Assembly (NCBI GenBank): GCA_033762115.1
Contig: JANRLX010000019.1
Location: forward strand, 1-64,000
Source: Verrucomicrobiota bacterium
GTDB taxonomy: Bacteria; Verrucomicrobiota; Verrucomicrobiia; Limisphaerales; SXQI01
DNA: 64,000 nucleotides
Direction of reading: 5' to 3'
The position numbers and the translations under genes are program-made. This document shows positions 22,142 through 31,666 of the stretch, piece after piece. The notes under the pieces are model-generated. The model was not told the origin of the DNA. It saw nothing but the letters and a program-made list of their open reading frames with translations, and did no database searches. The stretch's first letter is position 1, and the number at the start of each line of letters is the position of its first letter.

Positions 22142-22945
22142 TCACTGCAAAAGTCGAAGCACGCTTTGGGGCATCTGGTTGGCCTGAGCGAGCATGGCGG
22201 TGCCGGATTGAACAAGGATGTTCTGCCTGGCAAATTGGGTGGATTCCTCGGCGACATCCACATCCTTGATGCGGGAGCTGGCGGCGGTGAGGTTTTCCCT
22301 TGTGATGGTCAATTGTTCAACCGTGAAATTCAAACGGGATTGATAGGCCCCGATGGTGGCACGATCCTGTGAAAGCTGGTCAATGGCCAATTTGACGTTG
22401 GTCAACGCAGTGGTGGCATCCGTGAGGGTGCCGATGCTGGAGCCAGTGGCGTCGGTGTAAGCAGCCACGCCGAGGTCGATCCCGTCCATCGTGAAAGTAT
22501 TTCCTTCCGCATCCGCGGTGACGGGAAGGGGAGTTGCGGAAAAAAGTGGGACGCCATTGAAATCGCGTGTCGAGGCGTTGGAGATATAGGCGCTGAGTTG
22601 CTGGAACTCGGTGTCGTAGAGACCGCGGTCAGCATCGGTTTTGGTCGTGTCCTGAGCGAGAATGGCCAGTTCGCTCATGCGGTCGAGGGCCTTGCCGATT
22701 TTCTTGAGAAAACCATCCTGAGTCTGGGTAAAGGAAATGGCGTTGCCGACGTTGGAGTTGGCGGCGGAAAGCCGTTGGATCTGGGCGTCGAGCCGTGAAG
22801 CGACGGCGAGGCCTGCGGCGTCATCAGCGGGGCTGACGATTTTTGAGCCGGAGCTGAGTCGGGCGAGGCTTTTGCCAAGGGCGGTGGAGCTGGCCTGCAG
22901 GTTGTTCGCTGCGGCCTGTGCGGATGTGTTTGTATTGATGACCAT
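22142..22945 (-). CDS. fliC: Flagellin (minimal, 267 aa)
   Basis: MVINTN..., RLSSGSKI...DDAAGLA; C-terminal SRIKDVDVAEE...MLAQANQMPQSVLRLL. Confidence 0.96.
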   Translation of the reverse strand: MVINTNTSAQAAANNLQASSTALGKSLARLSSGSKIVSPADDAAGLAVASRLDAQIQRLSAANSNVGNAISFTQTQDGFLKKIGKALDRMSELAILAQDTTKTDADRGLYDTEFQQLSAYISNASTRDFNGVPLFSATPLPVTADAEGNTFTMDGIDLGVAAYTDATGSSIGTLTDATTALTNVKLAIDQLSQDRATIGAYQSRLNFTVEQLTITRENLTAASSRIKDVDVAEESTQFARQNILVQSGTAMLAQANQMPQSVLRLLQ

Positions 22946-22964
22946 ATGTTTTCCTGGTTAAGGG

Positions 22965-23216
22965 TTAGACGAGCGCAGCAACTGCATTGACGCCGCTTGT
23001 GGCGGCGGAAAGTTTTGGAACGGAGGAGCGGCCTTTGCGACGGGCTTCCTGGTTGTTCTGTTGGATTTCGATATAAATTTCCTGACGGTGAATGGGAATT
23101 TCGGAGGGGGCTTCGATGCCGAGCTTGACCACATCGCCATCAACCCGGACGACTTTGACAGTGATCCGACCATCGATCACCACACTTTCTCCGGACTTTC
23201 TGGAAAGAACTAACAT
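22965..23216 (-). CDS. csrA: Carbon storage regulator / translational repressor
   Basis: MLVLSRKSGESVVI...VKLGIEAP...HRQEIY, with the C-terminal extension typical of FliW-binding CsrAs. Confidence 0.95.
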   Translation of the reverse strand: MLVLSRKSGESVVIDGRITVKVVRVDGDVVKLGIEAPSEIPIHRQEIYIEIQQNNQEARRKGRSSVPKLSAATSGVNAVAALV

Positions 23217-23237
23217 AGGTTTGGCAGGTTCAGGTTT

Positions 23238-23666
23238 TCAGGCGACTGGCAAAGGGTGTTGCAGGGAGTAATCTGCGGCATTCACCAGGACGACTTGCTT
23301 GCCGATCAAGGTATGGCGATTGATCACGACCGGGCCTTTGAGGTTCATGGTGGCACCACCAGTGCGGAGAGTGACAATATTAAAGATCCAGGCATCCAAA
23401 GGAGAGGTGAGGCCAAGGAACTGGACATCTTCATCACTGATTTCAGGCTGGTATTCAGGAACAAAATCGAATGGGGGGATGACAAGGAAAGCCAGGTTCA
23501 CATCGTCGCTCGCCTGGAGCCAGCTGAAAGGCGCTTCCTCCATCTCGCTCGAGAGCAGGTAAAATTTAATCGATTCGAACCCAAGCAAACCTGCCGGGAG
23601 GTGAATTTGTTCCTGCCGGGAAAGTTCCGGTGTTGTCATCAGCTCAGTTTTTTCGAGCGTTGTCAT
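23238..23666 (-). CDS. fliW: Flagellar assembly factor FliW
   Basis: 'GLLGFE', 'PFSWLQ', 'AFLVIPPF', 'MNLKGPVVIN...GKQVVL'. Confidence 0.92.
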   Translation of the reverse strand: MTTLEKTELMTTPELSRQEQIHLPAGLLGFESIKFYLLSSEMEEAPFSWLQASDDVNLAFLVIPPFDFVPEYQPEISDEDVQFLGLTSPLDAWIFNIVTLRTGGATMNLKGPVVINRHTLIGKQVVLVNAADYSLQHPLPVA

Positions 23667-23680
23667 ACGATGGGCGGTTA

Positions 23681-23696
23681 AGCAAAGGGTATGCCA
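23681..23696 (-). promoter_or_regulatory. sigma54 (-24/-12) promoter for fliW-csrA-fliC
   Basis: Minus strand TGGCATACCCTTTGCT = GG-N10-GC matching TGGCA-N6-TTGC. Confidence 0.7.
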
Positions 23697-23860
23697 GCAC
23701 GATCAAAGCTTAAGGGTGTCTTGTGTATCATGTTTGGAATCAGCGTGTTGTGAATTCTGGATTGGAAGGTGTTTTAAAAACGGGAGAATTTTTCCGGCTG
23801 TTTGAACGGTTCAAGGAGGTAACCCGGCAAAATTCTCCCAGCCCAATTAAGGCTTCATCT

Positions 23861-23887
23861 TAAGAACTGCCTCTGCTTTTCCGATAG
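23861..23887 (+). promoter_or_regulatory. sigma28 (FliA)-type promoter for the cheR operon
   Basis: TAAG-N15-TCCGATAG versus consensus TAAA-N15-GCCGATAA; ends 19 nt before the cheR ATG. Confidence 0.65.
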
Positions 23888-23906
23888 AAAGAGAGAGCGA
23901 GAAACC

Positions 23907-24746
23907 ATGCCAAGCCTGTTAAGCCAACAACCTGCCCGAAGCAGGGACGAAAAGGATTTTCAGTATATTATTGACCTGGTGTATCAACGTTCCCGGATAA
24001 GGCTCCACGATGGGAAGAAACCGTTGATCATGGCGCGCCTGGGAAAACGGATCAGGCATCATAAAATGGATTCGCTGGGAGAATATTGCCGATTTCTTCA
24101 GACCTCAGGGGAGGAGGAGATCACGCATGCAATCGATGCCCTGACAACCAATTTTACGCAATTCCTGAGGGAGGAGAAACATTTCAAGTTTTTGATTGAA
24201 ACCGCATTGCCGGAGTTGTTGAAAGGCGGGCGAAAAAAATTTCATCTCTGGAGCGCCGCCTGTGCCACCGGGGAGGAGCCGTACAGCATGGCGCTGTACC
24301 TGGCGCATTATTTTCCGCTCGAGCAGGGTTGGGACTGGCGAATCACAGCGACGGACATCTCGACCAAAGCTCTGGCAACCGCGAAGGAGGGAATCTATCC
24401 CGAGGAGCGGCTCCGGCAGGTGCCGACGGAATGGGTGCGAAAAAATTTCCAGAAGGGACAAAAAAGTTTCGAAGGATTATGCCGGGTGAAAAAGGGTTTG
24501 CGGGAAAGAATCCATTTTTCACAGGTGAACCTGCTGGGGGATTACCATTTCAAGGAGCAGTACGAAGTGATCTTTTGCCGAAACGTGATGATCTATTTCG
24601 ACCGCTCGACACAGGTGCAACTGGTGAGGCGACTTTCGAATTTTCTGGCGCCCAAAGGATATCTTGTCGTGGGGCATTCAGAAAGCCTGACCGGCCTGAA
24701 CATTCCATTTCAGACGGTCAAACCAAGCATTTACCAAAAACCGTAA
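23907..24746 (+). CDS. cheR: Chemotaxis methyltransferase CheR
   Basis: LTTNFTQFLRE, WSAACATGEEPYS, ATDIS, IFCRNVMIYF, VGHSES. Confidence 0.96.
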   Translation: MPSLLSQQPARSRDEKDFQYIIDLVYQRSRIRLHDGKKPLIMARLGKRIRHHKMDSLGEYCRFLQTSGEEEITHAIDALTTNFTQFLREEKHFKFLIETALPELLKGGRKKFHLWSAACATGEEPYSMALYLAHYFPLEQGWDWRITATDISTKALATAKEGIYPEERLRQVPTEWVRKNFQKGQKSFEGLCRVKKGLRERIHFSQVNLLGDYHFKEQYEVIFCRNVMIYFDRSTQVQLVRRLSNFLAPKGYLVVGHSESLTGLNIPFQTVKPSIYQKP

Positions 24747-24748
24747 CT

Positions 24749-25261
24749 ATGAGTTTCTCAAACAAGAGCGGTTTTGAAAATCGAGTGGTGATCGGGCTGG
24801 CGGAGTTCACAGCGACGAAACGGCTGGATGTGGTGCTGGCCACGTATTCACTCGGTTCCTGCCTCGGGGTGGCGATTTATGATCCAGTGGCTCGAGTGGG
24901 AGGTTTGTTGCATGCGATGTTGCCGGACAGCAACCTCGATCCTGTGAAGGCTGCGCGACAGCCGGGAATGTTCCTGGACACAGGGCTTGAGGGGTTGTTG
25001 GCCGCCGCGGTGAAGCTGGGAGCGAGTCCGATGCGTTTGCAGGTGTATATCGCTGGCGGTGCGCAGATCATGGACAATTCCGGTTTTTTCAGCATTGGGA
25101 AACGGAATTACTCCGCGTGTCAGGAACTGCTGCCGAAACTTGGGCTGACGGTCAAGGCGGAGCATGTGGGAGGGCTGGTGAATCGGACCATGTATTTGCA
25201 GATGTTTTCGGGTGAAGTTTTTCTCAAGGTTTCAGGCCAATCAAAGGAGTCCTCGTTATGA
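24749..25261 (+). CDS. cheD: Chemoreceptor glutamine deamidase CheD
   Basis: LGSCLGV (catalytic Cys), GGLLHAMLP, AGGAQI, IGKRN; true start at ATG 24749. Confidence 0.92.
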   Translation: MSFSNKSGFENRVVIGLAEFTATKRLDVVLATYSLGSCLGVAIYDPVARVGGLLHAMLPDSNLDPVKAARQPGMFLDTGLEGLLAAAVKLGASPMRLQVYIAGGAQIMDNSGFFSIGKRNYSACQELLPKLGLTVKAEHVGGLVNRTMYLQMFSGEVFLKVSGQSKESSL

Positions 25262-26106
25262 AAGAACTGGATGATTACATCAATAAGGTTCAGCACCTGC
25301 CGCCTGCGCCAAAAGTGTTGCCGGAATTGATGTCGCTGTTGGGCAAGGAGGATGTGGACAGCAGCCGGGTGGTGGATCTGATTACATACGATCCTTCCCT
25401 GACAGCGAGTGTGATCCAGCTTTGCAACAGCGCCTATTTTGGTGCGGCGACCCCGGCGACGGATTTGCAGGAAGCGATCACCCGGCTGGGATTCCAGCAG
25501 ATTTTCCGGATGGTGGCGGCGGTGACAGCTTCGCGTTTAATGAAGCCGAAAACCAAGGGGTACGGCATTCATGAAGGGGAATTGTGGAAGCACTCGGTAA
25601 CGGCAGCAGTGGCGGCGCAATTAATGGCCCGTGAACTGGGTGATGACGAGAATGAAGTGTTTACAGCTGCGTTGCTGCATGACATCGGCAAGATCATCCT
25701 CGCGCAGGGGCTGGAGAATATTTACACGGCGCTGATTGAGGAGATTGAAAAAAACCAGCAGGCATTGATTGAGGCGGAGAAGAAATTGCTGGGGGTGCAG
25801 CATGCGGAAATCGGAGGCCGCCTGCTGGCGCGTTGGAAATTTCCATCAAACATGGTGGCTGCGATCTGGTTTCATCATCAACCTTCCATGGCAGCACCTC
25901 ATGAGCGGCTGGCGAGTTACATTTATCTAGGCAACATGGTGGCCTATTTTATCGGGCATGGTTTCGGGCATCAGGCATTTGCGCTCCGAGGGCGTAGCGA
26001 GGCGTTGGAGGTGCTGGAATTGACCGGGGATCACCTCCCACATTTCATGATTCAGACTTATGAAAATTATGAAGCGGTCGAAGCGCTCTTTCATCTGGGC
26101 AAATGA
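25258..26106 (+). CDS. HDOD domain protein
   Basis: LPPAP, DPSLTASVIQLCNSAYF, LWKHSV, LLHDIGK, HAEIGGRLLARWKFP. Confidence 0.92.
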   Translation: MKELDDYINKVQHLPPAPKVLPELMSLLGKEDVDSSRVVDLITYDPSLTASVIQLCNSAYFGAATPATDLQEAITRLGFQQIFRMVAAVTASRLMKPKTKGYGIHEGELWKHSVTAAVAAQLMARELGDDENEVFTAALLHDIGKIILAQGLENIYTALIEEIEKNQQALIEAEKKLLGVQHAEIGGRLLARWKFPSNMVAAIWFHHQPSMAAPHERLASYIYLGNMVAYFIGHGFGHQAFALRGRSEALEVLELTGDHLPHFMIQTYENYEAVEALFHLGK

Positions 26107-27182
26107 AACCGCCCCGTTTGATTCGAACATTGGTGGTGGATGATTCAGCGCTGGCGCGAAAGATGATTACGGACAGCCTGGCGAACCGGCCGGGAATCGA
26201 GATTGTCGGGACAGCGGTTGATCCGTATGTGGCGAGGGACAAAATCCTGGCCTTGAAACCGGACGTGATCACGCTGGATATCGAAATGCCAAGGATGGAT
26301 GGAATCACGTTCCTGAAGATTTTGATGAAGCATAAGCCGCTACCGGTGATCGTCATGAGTTCGTTGACGCCGGAAGGTTCGGACCGGGCTTTGGAAGCTT
26401 TGGAGGCAGGAGCGGTGGATGTGATGCACAAGCCGCGGGGGTCTTTTTCAGCCTCTGCTGATGGAACCGTTCTTGCGGAAAAAATCGTTGCCGCAGCAAT
26501 GTCACGACCGCGTTGGATTGCTGAAAATTTAGTCGGTAACAATGGAATCGGTGCGTCACGCAACGCAGGTATTTCTCCAGGGAATCCGCGGGACCTGATC
26601 CTGATTGGTGCAAGCACCGGAGGAACGGAAGCATTGAAGGAAGTGTTGATGCAACTTCCGGCGACTCTGCCCGGCATCTGTATTGTTCAGCATATTCCCG
26701 CCCATTTTTCAAAGGCGTTTGCCAATAGACTTAACCAGCTTTCCGCATTGGAAGTGAAAGAGGCGCGTTCAGGAGAGGAAGTCACGCGCGGGAAGGTGCT
26801 GATTGCGCCGGGTGGCCAGCACATGGTGTTGCGCTGGACGGGGAGCAATCATGTGGTGCAGTTGAACGAAGGGCCGACTGTGCATCACCAGCGTCCGGCA
26901 GTGGATGTGATGTTTGATTCTGCGGTCAGGGCAGGATCGGGGCCACATACCCTGGCAATTTTGCTGACGGGAATGGGGATCGATGGTGCGGCGGGGATGC
27001 TGGCCTTGCGCAAGGCGGGGGCGAGCACCGTTGCTCAAAATGAAGCGACCTGCGTGGTGTTCGGAATGCCGAAAGAGGCGATCAGAATCGGCGCAGCCCG
27101 GCATGTAGCGCCGTTGCATCAAATCCCACAGTTGATGATAAACCACGCGCGGAGTGGAATGGCAGCGGCTGCCGCCGCGTAA
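26103..27182 (+). CDS. cheB: Chemotaxis response regulator methylesterase CheB
   Basis: REC (VVDDS, TLDIEMP) plus methylesterase GASTGG, VQHIP, LTGMGIDGA. Confidence 0.96.
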   Translation: MKPPRLIRTLVVDDSALARKMITDSLANRPGIEIVGTAVDPYVARDKILALKPDVITLDIEMPRMDGITFLKILMKHKPLPVIVMSSLTPEGSDRALEALEAGAVDVMHKPRGSFSASADGTVLAEKIVAAAMSRPRWIAENLVGNNGIGASRNAGISPGNPRDLILIGASTGGTEALKEVLMQLPATLPGICIVQHIPAHFSKAFANRLNQLSALEVKEARSGEEVTRGKVLIAPGGQHMVLRWTGSNHVVQLNEGPTVHHQRPAVDVMFDSAVRAGSGPHTLAILLTGMGIDGAAGMLALRKAGASTVAQNEATCVVFGMPKEAIRIGAARHVAPLHQIPQLMINHARSGMAAAAAA

Positions 27183-27242
27183 AGAGGCACGATTTTTTTC
27201 TGGTTTGTAGCGTGGCGGCACGTATCTTCCCGGCACAGTTTT

Positions 27243-28457
27243 ATGGCCACGATCAAACCGTTTCCCGCGTTGAAGCCCCGTCCTGAACTGGCAGCGAAGA
27301 TTTGCGAACTGCCTTACGATGTCATGTCCAGCGAGGAGGCCCGGCGAATGGCAGAGGGAAACCCCTTGAGTTTTCTGCTTGTGAGCAAGCCGGAGATTGA
27401 CCTGCCCGCCACAACGGATATTTACGATCGGGCAGTTTATGCAAAGGGGGTTGAGAATTTTCAGAAACTGATCTCGAACGGAGCGTTGCAGCAGGACAGC
27501 GCACCCCATTTTTATTTATATCGGCAGATCATGGGGGCTCATGCACAGATCGGCCTGGTGGCAGCCGCAAGTTGCGAGGATTACCTTGCGGGGACGATCA
27601 AGAAGCATGAGTTAACCCGTCCGGACAAAGAGGATGATCGTGTCCGGCATATTGAGTCGTTGAATGCCCAGACCGGTCCGGTGTTCCTGACCTACCGTGC
27701 GGAAGTGGCGCTGGACAGCCTGTTTCAAAAAATCATCCAGGGAATGCCGGAGGTGGATTTCACCGCAAGTGACGGGGTGCGGCATAGTTCCTGGACCATC
27801 GCGGATCGTGAGTTGATTTCCACTATTGAAGAAGCTTTCAGGCGAATCCCGTTTCTTTACATTGCGGATGGGCATCACCGGAGCGCGGCAGCAGGAAGGG
27901 TTTACCAGGCGCGCAAGGGGGCTGGGAACAGCGGCGCGTTTTTGGCGGTGATTTTTCCGCACAACCAGATGCAGATCCTTCCCTATAACCGGGTGTTGAA
28001 GGATTTAAACGGGTTGAACGCAGCGAAGCTGATGGAGAAACTGGATGCAGTGTTTGTTGTCAAGGAGCCTGGGATCGCAAAGCCTGCGCGAAAACATGAA
28101 TTGGGATTTTATTTAGAGGGAAAATGGCGGAGCTTGTTCTTCCGCCCGCAGTTTGCCAGCGCCAATGATCCGATCGAGAAGCTGGATGTGACGTTGTTGC
28201 AGAAATATGTGCTGGACCCGGTTTTCGGGATTGAAGATCCGCGCACGAGCAAACGAATCAATTTCGTGGGAGGGATTCGGGGGACGGGAGAATTGGAAAA
28301 GCTGGTCAATTCAGGGGAGTATGCGTGTGCGTTTTCCATGTTCCCAACGAGCATCGAGGATTTGATGAGCATTGCGGATGCAGGAGGGATCATGCCGCCA
28401 AAAAGCACCTGGTTCGAGCCGAAGCTTCGCGATGCGATGTTCTCGCATTTGATATAG
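27243..28457 (+). CDS. DUF1015 family protein
   Basis: 'LPYDVM', 'IKKHELTRPDKE', 'YIADGHHRSAAA', 'MPPKSTWFEPKLR'. Confidence 0.9.
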   Translation: MATIKPFPALKPRPELAAKICELPYDVMSSEEARRMAEGNPLSFLLVSKPEIDLPATTDIYDRAVYAKGVENFQKLISNGALQQDSAPHFYLYRQIMGAHAQIGLVAAASCEDYLAGTIKKHELTRPDKEDDRVRHIESLNAQTGPVFLTYRAEVALDSLFQKIIQGMPEVDFTASDGVRHSSWTIADRELISTIEEAFRRIPFLYIADGHHRSAAAGRVYQARKGAGNSGAFLAVIFPHNQMQILPYNRVLKDLNGLNAAKLMEKLDAVFVVKEPGIAKPARKHELGFYLEGKWRSLFFRPQFASANDPIEKLDVTLLQKYVLDPVFGIEDPRTSKRINFVGGIRGTGELEKLVNSGEYACAFSMFPTSIEDLMSIADAGGIMPPKSTWFEPKLRDAMFSHLI

Positions 28458-28473
28458 AATACGACAATTTTCC

Positions 28474-30393
28474 TTACTGGGTCCTGCCGAATTTTTTTTC
28501 GAGTTCGCGATAATTCATTTCGATCAGCGTGGGACGCCCATGTGGGCAGGTATAAGGCATGGCGCAGGCGCGAAGATCATGAACGAGATTTTCGAGTTCT
28601 GGAACGCTGAGAAGGTCATTGGCCTTGACCGCATGGCGGCAGACGGTTTTTGCAATGGTATGTTCTCCCATGCGCCAAGAATTGATTTCCTGCCCGGCAA
28701 TTTTCAATGAATCAATCACATCCAGGACAAATTTTTTTGCGTCGGTGGTTTTGACGAAGGGAGGAAGCGCATCGAGGAGAAACGTGCGTTCTCCAAATTC
28801 GCTGATCCCCAAACCGACACGAACGAGATGGGGAAGTTGTTCGCGGAGAAACTGGGCATCACGAGAGGACAGTTCAAGCGTTTCCGGAAGCAGGAGGCGT
28901 TGGGCTGGAACGTTCCCCTGCTCCAGTCGGGAGAGCATTTGTTCGAAGAGGATCCGCTCATGAGCGGCATGTTGATCGAGAAGGACGAGGCCACGGTCAG
29001 ATTCCAGGAGAACGTAGAGCTTGCCAATGACCCCGACCAATCGGAGCGGCACCTGGAGGAGCGGCACCGGTTTTTCCTCAGGGAACTGCGCGGGAAGGGG
29101 TGATGGTGGAGGCGATGGCATGGCCGCGGGAAGTGCGGGCATTGCAGGACGCGGCTCACGCTCGGGCCAGCGGATCGGTTGCTGAGGCAGAACAGGTGGA
29201 GGAGCGGGAGTAAATTTTTGCAGGCCGGGAAGTTCCACCGCGTGTGCGAGGGTCGCAGGTGGTGGGTCGGTTTCCAGTGTTAAGGACGGGGGAGGGACTG
29301 TTGCGATTCTTGGAGAATTGGTTGTATGAAAATTGAGCAGCGTTTCGCGGATTGCATCAGTCAAAGCACGGCGGACTGCCTGTTCCTGGCGGAATTTGAC
29401 CTCACGTTTTGCAGGGTGAATATTCACATCCACAGTGGCGGGGTCGACTTCCAGGAAAAGACAGCATACAGGGAAACGCCCTTTCATCAACGAGGTGTGG
29501 TATCCCTCAATCAGCGCGAAATTGAGCGGCCGACTTTCGATGGGGCGCTTATTCACAAACAGATGCTGATCTTCCCTCGTGGAACGGGAAACACCCGGTG
29601 CGCCAATAAATCCCCAAACGCGAAACGGTTCCGGTTCACTTTCCTGTTCGCTGGATTCAATGCCGCGGAAGATCGGGAGCTCTGCGGAAAAATCGACGGG
29701 AAGCAGTTTGAGATCGCCTGGATACACAGCACGGATTCGCTCCCGCAACGCGGCAAGGTCACGCTCCCTGGATGCCTGGGGAACAGCCGGAAATTTCCAA
29801 ACCAATCGGCCATCCTGAAGAAAGGTAAATCCGATTTCCGGATGGGCGAGGGCGACGAGAGTCAGATAATGCTGAATATGGGCGCGTTCAGTTTCCTCGC
29901 TCCGGAGAAATTTTCTTCGTGCGGGAAGATTGTAAAAGATCTGGCGGACCTCAATACTGGTTCCGGGAGCGGAGCCAGCGGCTTTGACTTCAAGGATTTT
30001 TCCTCCGTTGATAACGACCTGGGTGCCTTCCTCAGAAACGGAGTCGCGCTCCCTGGTGGTGAGTGAAAGGCGGCTGATGCTTGCAATACTGGGCATCGCT
30101 TCGCCACGGAACCCCATGGTCCGGATGGAGGCCAGGTCATGGGCGGATTGGATTTTGCTTGTGGCGTGGCGTTCGAAGCAGAGCAGTGCATCATCACGAC
30201 TCATTCCCACGCCGTCATCGGTCACGCGGACGAGGCTTCGACCACCTGCATGGATTTCGACAATAATATTGGTCGCCTGAGCATCAACCGCGTTTTCGAC
30301 AAGTTCCTTGACGACACTTGCCGGGCGTTCGATCACTTCCCCTGCGGCAATCTGATTGGCAACCTGCTCCGGGAGAAGGCGAATGCGATTCAT
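28474..30393 (-). CDS. mutL: DNA mismatch repair endonuclease MutL
   Basis: NQIAAGEVIERPASVVKELVEN, GFRGEA, DVNIHPAK, DQHAAHERILFE, CPHGRP. Confidence 0.97.
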   Translation of the reverse strand: MNRIRLLPEQVANQIAAGEVIERPASVVKELVENAVDAQATNIIVEIHAGGRSLVRVTDDGVGMSRDDALLCFERHATSKIQSAHDLASIRTMGFRGEAMPSIASISRLSLTTRERDSVSEEGTQVVINGGKILEVKAAGSAPGTSIEVRQIFYNLPARRKFLRSEETERAHIQHYLTLVALAHPEIGFTFLQDGRLVWKFPAVPQASRERDLAALRERIRAVYPGDLKLLPVDFSAELPIFRGIESSEQESEPEPFRVWGFIGAPGVSRSTREDQHLFVNKRPIESRPLNFALIEGYHTSLMKGRFPVCCLFLEVDPATVDVNIHPAKREVKFRQEQAVRRALTDAIRETLLNFHTTNSPRIATVPPPSLTLETDPPPATLAHAVELPGLQKFTPAPPPVLPQQPIRWPEREPRPAMPALPAAMPSPPPSPLPAQFPEEKPVPLLQVPLRLVGVIGKLYVLLESDRGLVLLDQHAAHERILFEQMLSRLEQGNVPAQRLLLPETLELSSRDAQFLREQLPHLVRVGLGISEFGERTFLLDALPPFVKTTDAKKFVLDVIDSLKIAGQEINSWRMGEHTIAKTVCRHAVKANDLLSVPELENLVHDLRACAMPYTCPHGRPTLIEMNYRELEKKFGRTQ

Positions 30394-30418
30394 GTGAAAA
30401 CGTTCCTGGCAACCCTGC

Positions 30419-31519
30419 TTATTGCTTCAAAGGAAGGGTAAAGCTGAAAACCGCGCCACGGCCGGGATAGCTGTGGGCCTGGATTGTTCCCCGGTGGTCA
30501 TGGATGATTTTTTTGCAAATGGAAAGTCCAAGGCCGGTGCCTTGCGCTTTGCCGTAAGTTGCGAACGCTTCGAAAAGGCGTCCTTTGATTTCCGGGGCGA
30601 ACCCCTTCCCGGTGTCCTCGATGAAGGTGGTGACGTACTCGGGGCCGACCTCGAAATTCATGAAAATCGTGCCTCCTTCAGGCATGGCATCGACTGCATT
30701 ATGGATCAGGTTGTAAAAAACATGAACGAGACGATGTGTATCGATCAGCACATCAACATCCGGCAACTCATTTTGAAAGATGATTTCGACCTTCTTTTCC
30801 GCAACTTCCGCGCGGAGGTCCTCAATAATCTGGTTCACATAATGACAGTAGTTGCTTTGGGCGAGGACGCTGGAAGTTTGTGAGCCGCGAGTGAATTCGA
30901 GTAATTCGTTGATCATATTGCCAAGGCGATCCACCTGTTTGCGGATGCGTTCAGCGGCGTTCTTCCGCATTTGGGGAGTGGCGGAGTCCATCCCGGCCAT
31001 TTCTGCGGAGAGACCGATCACGTTGAGAGGGTTTTTAAAATCGTGAACAATGCTGCGCGCGAATCGGCCAACCAGGGTCAGCCGTTCTGCCTGGAGGACT
31101 TCCTCGATATATTGCCGGTTGGTGTCTCGAATACGGGCGCTGATTTCGCGCATCAGGCTGACAGCCAGGCGAGGGGCGTGGTCGAGTAAATTAAGGAGAA
31201 CGTCGCGCGGAATGAAGTGCACGCGTGTGGCTGTTTCGGCGGTGGCGGTGGCGGAGCGGGGTGCGCCATCGAGCAGGGCCATTTCGCCAAAGAAATCGCC
31301 CGGATTATTTCGAGTAAGAACGCGCCGTTCATTATTTCCAAGCAGGGCGGAAATTTGCACCGTTCCGCTGGCCACGACATACAATCCATCACCCGCGTCT
31401 CCCTCCTTGAAAAGCACTTCCCCGGGGGCAAAGTTTTTTTCCTGGGCCTCCCGTTTAAGAGAAGCCAGGTCAACGGCTGAGAGACTGGCAAAAAGTTTAC
31501 TGGCCTCAATTTGGACCAT
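30419..31519 (-). CDS. Cyclic-nucleotide-binding domain histidine kinase
   Basis: cNMP motif 'GDFFGEMALLDGAPRSATA'; H-box HDFKNPL; N/G boxes NAVDAM, DTGKG, GTGLGL. Confidence 0.9.
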   Translation of the reverse strand: MVQIEASKLFASLSAVDLASLKREAQEKNFAPGEVLFKEGDAGDGLYVVASGTVQISALLGNNERRVLTRNNPGDFFGEMALLDGAPRSATATAETATRVHFIPRDVLLNLLDHAPRLAVSLMREISARIRDTNRQYIEEVLQAERLTLVGRFARSIVHDFKNPLNVIGLSAEMAGMDSATPQMRKNAAERIRKQVDRLGNMINELLEFTRGSQTSSVLAQSNYCHYVNQIIEDLRAEVAEKKVEIIFQNELPDVDVLIDTHRLVHVFYNLIHNAVDAMPEGGTIFMNFEVGPEYVTTFIEDTGKGFAPEIKGRLFEAFATYGKAQGTGLGLSICKKIIHDHRGTIQAHSYPGRGAVFSFTLPLKQ

Positions 31520-31612
31520 CAGGCTTTCAATTTAGGTCAAACAGGGAACGGGTAAAGAACAGACTGAGTGTGAAGTGGAGGGCGGAGACTTTGCCGGAGG
31601 AGGAAATCAGGT

Positions 31613-31640
31613 TAAAGTGAACTGTTGGGATGGCCGATGA
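31613..31640 (+). promoter_or_regulatory. Possible sigma28-type promoter for the hybrid kinase
   Basis: TAAA-N16-GCCGATGA, one base longer than the usual spacer; 26 nt before the ATG. Confidence 0.4.
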
Positions 31641-31666
31641 TTCAGATGTAAGGAAAAACCAATTCA

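Noticed and set aside
24329..24748. N-terminal extension of the 310-aa CheD ORF
   Set aside because: It overlaps cheR out of frame; CheD similarity begins at ATG 24749.
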